DNA of 63,699 nt, counting the filler, from Asterionella formosa (taxonomy: Eukaryota), in NCBI GenBank assembly GCA_002256025.1. It is 14 parts of 14 records of this genome, joined end to end, with 100 filler letters (N's around TTAATTAATTAA, not from the genome) between each part and the next. Parts side by side here need not be neighbours in the genome. Positions count along the whole stretch, not along the records: positions 1 to 22,841 come from NKIB01002614.1; 13 more parts are not named here. One strand, written 5' to 3'. The notes beneath the pieces are model-generated. The model worked only from the letters and a program-made list of their open reading frames with translations. It was not told where the DNA came from and did not search any database. The translations under genes and the position numbers were made by a program. This document shows positions 1-10,607 of the stretch, in pieces; positions within the stretch are counted from its first letter, which is position 1; each line of letters starts with the position of its first letter.

Positions 1-101
1 AACCCTAACCCTAACCCTAATCCTAATCCTAATCCTAACCCTAACCCTAACCCTAACCCTAACCCTAACCCTAACCCTAACCCTAACCCTAACCCTAACC
101 C
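1..101. repeat. Telomeric repeat (CCCTAA)n / (TTAGGG)n with three CCTAAT variant units
   Basis: About 17 tandem AACCCT hexamers at the contig start, C-rich strand at the 5' end as expected for a chromosome end; three units read AATCCT (19-36). Confidence 0.95.
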
Positions 102-1224
102 AAGGGTTAGCAGGGGTAGGAGCACGAGTAGGAACAGGGGTTGGAGAAGGGGTGGGAGCAGTGGTGAGAACAGGACTTCCTCCTTGAACAGCGGTAGGGG
201 TAAGGGTAGGAACAGGGGATGGATCAGTGGTAGGTGTAGAGGTTTGAGAAGGAGTGGGAACAGGAGTTGGAGTAGGGGTTGGAGCAGTGGTGGGAAAAGG
301 GATTGGAGCTTTCATGGGCCTCACAGAAGGTTTGGTGGGCCACACAGGAGCTTTGGTGGGCCTCACAGGACGTTTGGTTGGCCATACAGGAGCTTTGGTG
401 GGCCTCACAGAAGGTTTCATAGGCCACACTGGAGCTTTGGTGGGCCAAATCGATGGTTTTGTAGGCCACACAGGAGCTTTGGTGGGCCAAATAGGAGCAG
501 TGGTGGGAGCAAGTGTGGGAGTAGTGGTGGGAGTAGAGGTTGGAGCAGGGGTCGGAACAGTTGTGGGAGCAGAAGTAGGAGAAGCGCTGGGAGAAAGATT
601 CCCTCCTCCAACAGGGGAAGGGGTTTGGATCGGAGCAGGAGTGGTGTTAGGAGAAGTAGGCTGAACAGTTGGAGTAGTGGAGGGAGAAGAAGTAGGCTGA
701 ACGGTTGGAGTAGTGGTGGGAGAAGAAGTAGGCTGAACAGTTGGAGAAGAAGTAGGCTCAACAGTTGGATCAGTAGTGGTGGGAACAGGGGTAGGAGAAG
801 TGGTTGGAGCAGTGGTTGGAAAAGGGGTGGGAGTTTTAGTGGGCCAAACAGGAGCTTTGGTTGGCCACACAGGAGCTTTGGTGGGCCACACAGGACGTTT
901 GGTTGGCCATACAGGAGCTTTGGTGGGCCACACAGGAGCTTTGGTAGGCCCTGATGATGTCCATGCTAAAAATCTGGAATTTGTGACATGAAGCATCCTA
1001 AACATGTAATTAAGTCTCTCCTGTTTGTTTTTTTGCACGATGCTGAGATTCTCAATTTCTGCCATATTTCTGCCATCTGTCATCATTTTCTCATGGAAAC
1101 TTTGGGTAATGGGAATGTTCTTGTCATGCTGCTCTGGTTTGGTTTTCTTGAATGCGTGAACTACTGAATTTCTCAATCCCAATAGTGCAGCTATGATTAT
1201 AGTGAGAGATGGAAGGACTTTCAT
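1..1224 (-). CDS. Secreted Pro/Thr-rich (mucin-like) repeat protein, 3'-truncated by the telomere (no stop codon)
   Basis: Hand translation from ATG 1224: MKVLPSLTIIIAALLGLRNSVVHA (signal-peptide-like), then PTKAPVW heptad repeats and PT/PS-rich blocks. The frame is open for 408 codons to base 1 and ends ...PTPANPW-VRVRVR. It is missing from the ORF track because it has no stop. Confidence 0.8.
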   Translation of the reverse strand, partial: MKVLPSLTIIIAALLGLRNSVVHAFKKTKPEQHDKNIPITQSFHEKMMTDGRNMAEIENLSIVQKNKQERLNYMFRMLHVTNSRFLAWTSSGPTKAPVWPTKAPVWPTKRPVWPTKAPVWPTKAPVWPTKTPTPFPTTAPTTSPTPVPTTTDPTVEPTSSPTVQPTSSPTTTPTVQPTSSPSTTPTVQPTSPNTTPAPIQTPSPVGGGNLSPSASPTSAPTTVPTPAPTSTPTTTPTLAPTTAPIWPTKAPVWPTKPSIWPTKAPVWPMKPSVRPTKAPVWPTKRPVRPTKAPVWPTKPSVRPMKAPIPFPTTAPTPTPTPVPTPSQTSTPTTDPSPVPTLTPTAVQGGSPVLTTAPTPSPTPVPTRAPTPANPWVRVRVRVRVRVRVRVRVRVRVRIRIRIRVRVRV

Positions 1225-1499
1225 TGTGAAAAGGGGAGAATTACTGCTATTTTCATTATGAAAAATTAATAACCAGGAAAATAAAGGAAAGTGAGATTCA
1301 TGGCTCCGTAATGATTTCGACAGCATTGGTTTGCTGGTCTTAGATGCATGACATACCTAGATTGTCTGTGAATGTTACTGAAAGTCTTCCTCTCACCGTT
1401 CAGTGAATTTTTATGAGATGTGATGCAATTCAAATTCAAAAGACAACTAAGCATAGATACTTCGATACCATGTTCAATTGCTGTCCTTTTTCGCTTGTA

Positions 1500-2490
1500 C
1501 AGAGTTTCGCTTACTGTACCAGCATGAAAGAGGTCACCTATTCAATTCTTTACCATATGAAATCTACACTATGTTGATAAGCAACTAAGCCTGGACATGT
1601 CACCCCAGAGGGACTGTTGTACTATTATATACACTGTATATGATGTGAAGAGTCGCTTACGCACTGTATCAGCATGAAAAAGGTCACCTTTTCAATTCTT
1701 TACCATATGAAATCTACACTATCATGTTGATAAGCAACTAAGCCTGGACATGTCATCCCAGAAGGACTGTTGTACTATTATATACACTGTATATGATGTG
1801 AAGAGTCGCTTACTGTATCAGCATGAAAAAGGTCACCTATTCAATTCTTTACCAAAGGAACATACTTAGCGAGCCCCTTGGGCACAAGAATCTACACAAT
1901 GTTGATACCGTCTTCACCTCGCATATTTCGCGTGCACAGAGCTTCAGTGCAGCCTGGTATCAAGGTCACCCTTCAAGTGCGAACCTCGCTACTACGTACC
2001 TGATACCATGGTACCAGTACAACATGCTGCAGGCAACTATGTTCGGACATGTCACCCGGGTACCATAAAATGAAAAAGTTCTCATATTTAATTCTTTACC
2101 GAATGAGCCCCTCTGGAACAAGAAAACTACGCCATTTTGATACGGCCTTCTACGTACGTATTTCGCGTTTCATCTTCAGTACACCCTTGTATCAAGGTCA
2201 TCGTTCAAGTGCGAACCTCATTAGCGGTAATTCAGAGGGCACTTGGTACCAGGTGCAACGGTATGCAACCATCTGAAGGCAACTACCGTAAGCTTGGACA
2301 TGTATCATCCCAGAAGCACTGTTGCACTATCATATACACCCCATAGATGTTAATTACTGACATGTTGTGTCATCCCAGAAGCACTGTTGGCTATTATTTA
2401 CAGCGTACTATGAATGTTAAGAGTCACCTACTGCATCAGCACATTCACCTATTCGATTCTTTACCGGTATGAACATACTATGAGAACCCC
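1500..2490. repeat. Subtelomeric tandem repeat array (~150-bp units plus longer diverged units)
   Basis: Unit 'tcgcttactgta.cagcatgaaa.aggtcacct.ttcaattctttacca...gcaactaagcctggacatgtca.cccaga' recurs at ~1505, ~1652 and ~1805, with diverged copies at ~2065 and ~2360-2490. Confidence 0.85.
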
Positions 2491-2683
2491 CTGGAAGGTC
2501 CGGTAGTCAGCGTACATAGCGTGAAGGTTGCTCGTTTTCTGTTCATCGATTCACATACGAGAAAAGGTAGGGTTATAAACCCCAAAAATTGTCGAGCCCC
2601 TAAATTCTGCACCACTCTGTTATTCTTTAAATAGCTGTTTACCTAGATGTTAAGCCATTAGTCATTTTATTGTCGAAATGAAC

Positions 2684-2850
2684 CTCAAGTCAGCAGTCAG
2701 TAAGTTGAAGTTAACAGTCAGCGATTTCATATCATCCGTCACAAAAGAATTGAGTAGTCAGCGATTTTTTCAAATTTTCAGCAAATCAAGTCAGCCATCA
2801 GCGAAAGGAAGTCCGCAGTCAGAAGTCAGCAACTTAAAGTCAGCGTTTTT
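2684..2850 (+). repeat. Cluster of AGTCAG(C) motifs, possibly subterminal repeats of a DNA transposon
   Basis: About eight AGTCAG(C) copies in ~170 bp, all on one strand. Confidence 0.5.
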
Positions 2851-3369
2851 ACGATAGTACCAGTACACTGTAACTTTAATCTGATTTAGCCTACAATTTT
2901 GATAGCTATCTTTTTACTTCTTCTGCCAGTTGGTCCCAAAGCTAGGATTTGTTTAATGTTTGACTGTTTTTCTTGAAGTACCTTTTCTTAAAGTATCAAT
3001 TTCCCTTAATGTGTGATGTCATCGTTTAACCCAATTGCCATTACAGCCACATACCTACGACAATGTAGTTAATAATACAACATACCTGGTAAACATGTGT
3101 GAAGTAAGCAACAATGTATTGCCCATGGAACAAGCAACAATGTATTGCCCATGGAACATACAATATATCATACACCTTTTGATGGATTCATGTACAGGGG
3201 ACCCAAGGTAGGCAGCACTAGAATGTAATTATTTAGCTTAGGCTATGCTTTTTCTCTATTTGAAACACTACAGTGTATTCATTCTGAGTGGCTGGAGAGC
3301 GAATATTTGTTTATCATTTCTCATAACCATACTGCATCACTTGTCATATCAATACCAATCAAAGTTGAT

Positions 3370-5210
3370 ATGGAACACAACAACAACATTCACAATGACA
3401 AAGAGGATAGTCTATTTGGGTTAATACTAGAATTCGTTTTAGCATCGAGGAAGACATTGAAATGACTCATTGAATCGGTTGAGAGTACATGTCTGTTTCC
3501 TTCCAAATCTGATTATTTCGAGAAGGTTTACAAATCTCCAGAAAAAAGAGTTCATATCTTAATTGCATGATTGCCCCAATGACAGGGATGATCGAATTGG
3601 TACTTTTATTGAATCATATGAAGCTGAAAAAGATTCTGTCAACAATTCCATCAAGGAGAATCCCGAGGGCAGTTCCTAAATAGAGGAAAATGCATGTCAA
3701 TTGGGAGAAAGGAATAGCATCATGTGATGCCTACCTTCCAAGCCATACTTATAAGCCACAACAGGTCATTCAGAGTGAGAGTTTCTATCATTCTACAAAA
3801 GCTCCATTGCAAGTTTTATGGCAACTACACATGACTCACTATTATTTCAGCCAGAAAGTGATACTGGATGGACCTGTGGAACTGATTTAAATGAAACAGG
3901 AAAGTCAGGTGTCTCTTCCTCATTTCCAAACGTTCTTATTTCTGATACTTTGCATACGGAAAAAAGGCTTTGCAATTAGATGACCAGGATATATTTTTCC
4001 ATTCTATGAAGAAACATCTCAGTGACTTCAAATACATCAGGGCAAGGTGAAGAAGAAACAGAATTATCAGAAATTATTGGATTGGATAATGATGTTATGC
4101 ATTATCCTGAGTACCAAGATCAAAGTGGGTTCATTCCCAAAGAATCTATAAAAATTCCTAAACCTGTTCAATTTCAAATTCCCAAAAACATTTGCTAAAC
4201 ATGCATCCAATCAAATTAGAACTCATGTTATTCCTGAACGAAAGAGATCTACCACAAATGTACTACGATCATCTTATATAAATTGGCTATTCAAAGCACA
4301 GAGAATGAAAAATTGTCATGGAAAGAATCAAGCTCCTTCCTATCAAACTTTGAAAAGAAAATGGATGATTAATAATTTCCACAAAGGTACTACTTGGAAT
4401 ATTTATGTACATTTTGGAATCATTTTACAATTACTGGACTATCCCTGAAGAATGGACATGTTTTTTTAAAGAAAGAAAATCTCCAGATATTCCAGAGAAC
4501 ATCTCTGATCAGAAACGTAAACAACAGACATTGTTTTTCTTGATCAAGAGCAACCAAAGAAACGGGCAAAGACCAAAAAGGACACATGCACCAGTTACCA
4601 ATTATATATACACTGGCAAAAAACAAGACCTGACACTTGTACCAGAACCAGAAATGTATTTCAAAACTATACTTCGAACAAAGTGCTAGATATATCAATG
4701 GTCATTTGGAAAGGCGATATTCCATGACACTTTATTCATACCACAGAATACATCAACATGTATTGATATTTTAGAGGAAAGGGTTACGAGATTTATGTCA
4801 AATACTAAGATTGTTGTGATTGGCCCCCAACGCGAAATGATATCTCAAATCGGCTTACGAATGGCAAAATTTCATGGAATGAAACATTACCCTCATTTGA
4901 TTAGGAAGTTCGGATCTCCTCTTAGTTTCTTTGGTGGATATTTGGAGTCATTTTTGAAAGACAAATTGAAACGACCCAGTAAGCGTGTCAATGGACAATT
5001 ACATCGATTAAAGCATGACATTTTAACAAGGTCATATGAAACAAGGCAGTTTTCCTTGGCACAAAAAATTGTTTTAGCAAGTGATACAGTGCTTTGGTGC
5101 CAGTATGGAAAGATTTCGATAAACCAATTTCTTCAGGTGTTTGGGATTCTTGTGGAAGATATCCTGTATTGGTGCATAACAATTCCAATTGTTTTGTGCA
5201 TCCAGTGATG
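3370..5210 (+). mobile_element. Decayed Plavaka/CMC(EnSpm)-like transposase relic
   Basis: Broken ORFs. Fragment 4795-5208 has KFHGMKHYPHLIRKFGSPLSFFGGYLESFLKDKLKRPSKRVN, matching the KFH..H...I..FG.P...E...K.P..R.N C-terminal motif of Plavaka-type transposases. A homologous stretch lies at ~52380-52530. Confidence 0.55.
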
Positions 5211-5429
5211 ATGCAGTACTTACGGGCAAGGTGAAATACTTGATCATTATGCATGTTCATCCACATTTGCATCTTTTCCAGGATCACGGACGGACTTGAC
5301 ATATTCCATCATTTATAGCAAAAAGATAATGCACAAAATGGTTGTTTTCCTCCTCATCTGATCTTTTGCAACAAACAATTAGCAAATAGTTACTGTCATG
5401 ATGAAGTGAATGACAATCACCTTGGTATA

Positions 5430-6555
5430 TATGGCTACGGCTTGCTATTACCCTTTTCTGGGTTCTCATCCAAATCAAATATAACCTTCACATCAGTTGG
5501 ATGAAGTTCATGAATTATATGATGGATCATAGAGGTAATTGTTTCAAGGTCCCAATATGCAAGATCTTTAAAATCTGAAGATGATTTTTTGATACCTTGC
5601 TTTGACTCCATAAAATACAGAGGCGTACAGAGGCGTAATTGCATTTTTCTTCTGGGGTACGTGTGTACAAATCTTTCCACAATTTCAGTTGACCATGAGT
5701 TTTCGGCAAACTCAAGTAAAATGCAGTTTGCTTTGGCATAATAGCTCTACACATTTTACATGCTGACTCTTCACAAAAGTATCTAGCTGCCTTCGGGATT
5801 GTTCTCGATGATTTTACAGAGAAATTCTTTTTCTTCCATGTATGATTTGGCAAAAGATTCAGTTTTGTGCTTCAAACTTCGTTCCCGACTCAGTGCATCA
5901 ACTGCCTTAGCCAGCATCACATCTCTGTCTGCATTGACCTTCAATTCGAGGTCTTGATCTAGCTCGGATCTTTTTTGAATATCTTTTCTTTTTGAAATGC
6001 AATAGTTTCTCTGCTTTTATGATGTTCATGTTGATGTTCTGGACGGATAGTGAGATATGTTTCTTGGTTTTGCAACTTTTCAACCATTTCTACTTCTGAA
6101 GTGTTGTCTGCCACATTTCCGCCGATACTTTCATTCATCGCATGAATTTGTTCATCAAATGAATGAGAATCACTGAGTTCTTCTTCATTATCAGCGATGT
6201 CAGGAGAAGAAGCAAAATACGATAATAGATGGAACTGTAACTCTGTAGGAATAGATTCTTCATCCGTGAAGAAGAACTGTTTGGGTTTCCTTGCTCTTCG
6301 AAAGCAATCTTTCCTTCTTTTCAATCTCTGCCACTATTGTATTGGCATACTTGCTTCATTATTTTTTCTGGAGTGTTATGAATCTGTTCAAATTCATTTG
6401 ATCTTTGAGTGTATTCAAAGGTGCAAATCTTCGATTGATTTCATAAGTTTCTTCATCTTCTTTTCCGAAAACATAAAGTTGTGTAGTGTAAACAATGGAA
6501 GAAAGTCTCGTTTCTTGATTGACTGATCCTCTCCATGAAATCCCTTAAATGCCAT
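5430..6555 (-). pseudogene. Frameshifted relic ORF convergent with the transposase relic (unknown product)
   Basis: Chain of short same-strand ORFs (5959-6324, 5527-5853, 5435-5680) separated by frameshifts and stops. Confidence 0.35.
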
Positions 6556-6743
6556 TTGGAAAGTTTTCAAAGGGCCAGAAAACTATGATGTAAAACAGTG
6601 GAAGGGAAACGCGGAGCTTTTTGCAGCGCTTGTGGAAGTGCAACTGGTGTGAGGTAACCGAGTGTAGTAATTGTTGAACAGAGCACAGCAGTGTAATATG
6701 CATGTTCCGCCAGCGTAGTGTTTACACAATACATATGCCAGTA

Positions 6744-7860
6744 CATATAGCTATAACAAGGAGAAACGACACGACAATGAACGTGATGGCTGGTTGTGGA
6801 GGATACCGGTATGTGATATGCATCAATCCATATCACAAATCATATTATGGTGATGTACATATCATCGCATCTGTATACTTAGATCCTATCCACCATATAA
6901 TCTATCATATGAATGGCTTTACTGTATACATTAAAAGTCGAATATATATATATAATAAGTAACATACTTTATGATCAATTAATTTATTTTCTATGATGTA
7001 TTGATGACACTTGTGGACATATTTGGTTGTATTTTATTATCATTGCATTATTTTAACATTATCATATCTTGATTAAAAATATATCATAAACATATTAAGA
7101 AATCATCATAGTTCTATGATCAATGTATCTTAGCTATGTGATATATTTTTTTCAATATTAAGTTTCATACTTTGGTGATGTATGCATCGATGTAACCCTA
7201 TTGTGATATCACATTATCATCTTATTAATCATTCAATGTTGATTGGGAACTGTATTCTGCATTGTACTACAGAGTATGATATTATAACACGCACTTTATT
7301 AGCTAGTAAGTCACTGCTGTAATGTACACAAATCAACAGTGTATGTACACACACGCTAAGCAAGTTTGAGGCAATGGACAGTGGTTCCAACGAGCAAATG
7401 ACAATATGGATTCCAGTTTTTCCAGCGGTAAACCACAATGATGAAGAAAACTTGTCTGTCTATTGATGATGACACGGACACAGACTTTTCGGGGAGCAAA
7501 AAACATGAAGAGACCCACTTGTCGCTCTATTGATGGTAACAAAGATGCGGACAAGTTCAACAGTGAATACAAGAACAACATAACAATGAAAACAAGTCGA
7601 CAGTGTGTGTATGCACACGCCAAGCAGGTTTGAGGCAACGGACAGTTCCAACAAGCAAATGACGATATGGATAACATTTTTTTCTAATGGCAAACCACAA
7701 TGATAATGATGAAGGACATTCGTCCCTCAATTGTTGATGATACCGATACCGGGCGGGTTTTCCATGAGCAAACAACAATGAAGAGAGCCACTTGCTATCG
7801 CTCTCTTGATGGTATCAAAGATGCGTACAAGTTCAATAGTAAATACAAGTATAGCATGCC
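6744..7860 (+). repeat. Dispersed repeat family copy 1, with internal ~265-bp tandem unit
   Basis: Colinear similarity to 47808-48756 (e.g. 'acaatgaacgtgatggctggttgt.gaggatacc.gtatgtgatatgcatcaatccat'). Unit 'gtttgaggcaa.ggaca...caacgagcaaatgac' occurs at ~7363 and ~7627. Confidence 0.85.
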
Positions 7861-8819
7861 AAATGCAGAAACGAGCGACATGAAAAAGAATTTGCAATCA
7901 GAATAATTCTATAACTATAACTATGTGGTTAGTAGTCTGTTACATTTTCGTATTTCTTTCTATGCTGAATCCCAATTGTAGATGCAGTATCATGTGAGAG
8001 TTGAAAATGTCAACGAGAACAAGTAGAATGTGTTTGTTTACGAGTTGATTTGCCAGATTGTCATGCTAGGGGTCGACGAAACAGATAAACGGATTTACAA
8101 TGTGCGCTGTGTGCGGAACCATTATGACTTCGAATGATTTCTTCTCTGTAAACTCTTAATTGAATGATTATAAACATAGGTTCAGTGCACATGACAATTA
8201 CTCAAAGATACAATCATCACTTGACCAACAATTGAAGATGTTTTCGCAAACAATCATTCCACTTGTCATCACTAGTATTTTGTTGTTGTTGCAAAAATCA
8301 GAATGATGACAGATGGAGATTATGAGCCAATTTGCATTACTTTGGCTGGTACATTATCCTACCAAGAAATTCAAATACAGCAGGAATCTAATAGAAAAAA
8401 TACATACAATAAATAAATTTACATAGTCAAAGGGTTACTATTTAAATTACAAGGGCATTTATCAAAAATTTTTGATGATGTAACAAAAATTATGATCAGA
8501 TGATCACAATTCTATGATGCATCATGGGAATATCTGATAGTTTTTATTTCCAGACATTATCAACAAGCTTCCAGTGGAGTACAGCGATGTTGTTACATTC
8601 GTCGAGGGCTTGACAACAATCAGCCTCAACAACTTGAAAAGCAAAATCCGAGCATTCTACAAGCGAAAGCAGCACAAAGGAGATCGCTCAGCAATTCACT
8701 CAGAAATACAAAGGTATTTGCAAGAACTGCGGCAAACAAGGGCACAATGTGCAGATCGAAAACAAACACAAGCAGAACGAATGCAATCAGGACAAATGAA
8801 AAGTGATAAAGTCCTATAA

Positions 8820-9795
8820 TTACAATTGACGCATCTACCAATTCTGCCGCCTTTGCTTTTCTTCATTTGCTATATTGTCTCCGGGTTGTCATTCTACAAG
8901 ATGCAGTAACAATGATTTTGAATGGTCAAGGTAATTTGTTGTTCACATTGCATGTGTTTAATTGTGAAGAGTCCAAAGAAATTTTAAAGAATATGAGTCA
9001 TCATTTGGATTTGGTTCAGGATCCAGAGGATCTAAGATTTGACTCTATTTGACCTGGTGACAGAGATCGATTTACAATTTTTTTGAAATGAGAGCAATTT
9101 TTTCAAAGTTGAACGACAGAGTTGATGGCATAGCTTGACCACAACAGCACTTACAGTCCATTTTGAATCATCTGGCATCCTTTGACTTTTCATCCTCTGC
9201 ACAGTCCTCATCATTAATGCAAAGTAAAAGATCATTGAATGATGCAAGTGAATCAACATCTATTAGGGTGAAACTGGATTTGCGAGGTGTGATCTCTATA
9301 AGAATCATTTGAGCTGCTTGTCGATTTGGCAAGAATGGTTTGGTACACACTTCTTTGATCAAAAGAATAATATACAGTGTTTTCTAGGGTGGCATTTTCC
9401 AGCTTGAAGCAAAATTCAAAAAGATTGCATTTTAATCTCACTCAAGCAGAAAGTAAACGATTTTCAAGAATCAAGCCAGTTGTTGGATCATATTCCACAA
9501 ACCACGTTTGGAACCAGTGCTGAAGTGATTGAAGTAGCCAAAGTTGCCAAAGTTGATGATGCCTACAATTCTACATTAATTACAACCATTTTGTTTGGTG
9601 TGTGTGGTGACACTACATTAATTACAACCATTTTGTTTGGTGTGTGTGGTGACATCAAGGACAGTAAATTAATTTTATCGACTGCTCTAAGAAAGATGTT
9701 GTAATAGCAAGTATGCACGAGAAGAGAAGCAATCCTGGATGACCTTGCAGGAATGATTAATGACAATGGATGCAGCAATGAATTTTTTGTACTGT
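8820..9795 (+). mobile_element. Decayed Crypton-like (NDC10-II + GCR1_C) element, copy 1
   Basis: LRVVILQDAVTMI...LFTLHVF resembles the NDC10-II C-terminus. It is followed by a frameshifted LYKNHL..LSIWQEWFG...GGIFQLEAKF...ESKRFSRIK (GCR1_C-like). Region 9109-9793 is the reverse-complement homolog of 62307-63699 with internal deletions. A 42-bp tandem duplication lies at ~9571-9654. Confidence 0.6.
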
Positions 9796-10607
9796 TTGGC
9801 ATTGCAGCTGATGCAATGCCAGGTAATTTTCCGGCAGACTATACATCAAGTGAAAGCTTGTCTCGTTCTCCACCAGTGGTCAATTGACTGAACCTATCCA
9901 CTGAAAAACTTCATTTGCCAAGATTCCACTGCCAGAGAGAGCAGCTGATTAATGATACAAGGCATGAATTTGTGTAATTGCGGGGCTGCAGCGTCAGGTG
10001 GTAATAGCAGTTGAGCATGAGCATGAGCATGATCACAATGATGATGACTTCAGGAGCTGGAGGAATGGATTGGGACAATTGTTTTGCGATTTTAATGGGA
10101 GAGAGGATTACTACAATATTGGATTTAACTTGCTGGTACTGGTAGTACATGGTCCTGGTAAAACAAAAATGGTGAGCGACAATCTGGTTTATATTGATGT
10201 TCATCACTGTATAATAGTTTAAAGTGTTTCTGACTTGGTATATAATAACCAAGTTATTAAAACTGCTTTACTATAATATCCGTGGTTATTTGTCATCAAG
10301 TCTGCCTTGGTGGGCGTCAGACTTTGGACTCAAGTCCAGATGTAGTATAAATAACAACACATTTCTTACTACCAGTACTATAGGTTTAGTCAAAACATGT
10401 GCTTCATGAACATGCCCAGCCCTAGAAGGGCTGGGTGCTCCCTGGGGAAGACGCCATCCCCTGACCCTAACAGCAAGTAAGAGGAAAGAAACATTGTCAA
10501 CAACAGGCTTGACATGGAACTAGTGGACAAGCAATACTACTGATAAAAAAGTACCGGTATCTTGTAGAGTCCTTTGGAAGTAAACTCTGCAGATGCAACC
10601 ATAACAT

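Noticed and set aside
184..991. Plus-strand Gly/Arg/Ser-rich and Gly/Val-rich ORFs
   Set aside because: They are antisense shadows of the minus-strand Pro/Thr repeat gene, which has the ATG and signal peptide.
1500..2490. CRISPR-like array
   Set aside because: Whole units are repeated with no unique spacers and no cas genes; eukaryotic context.
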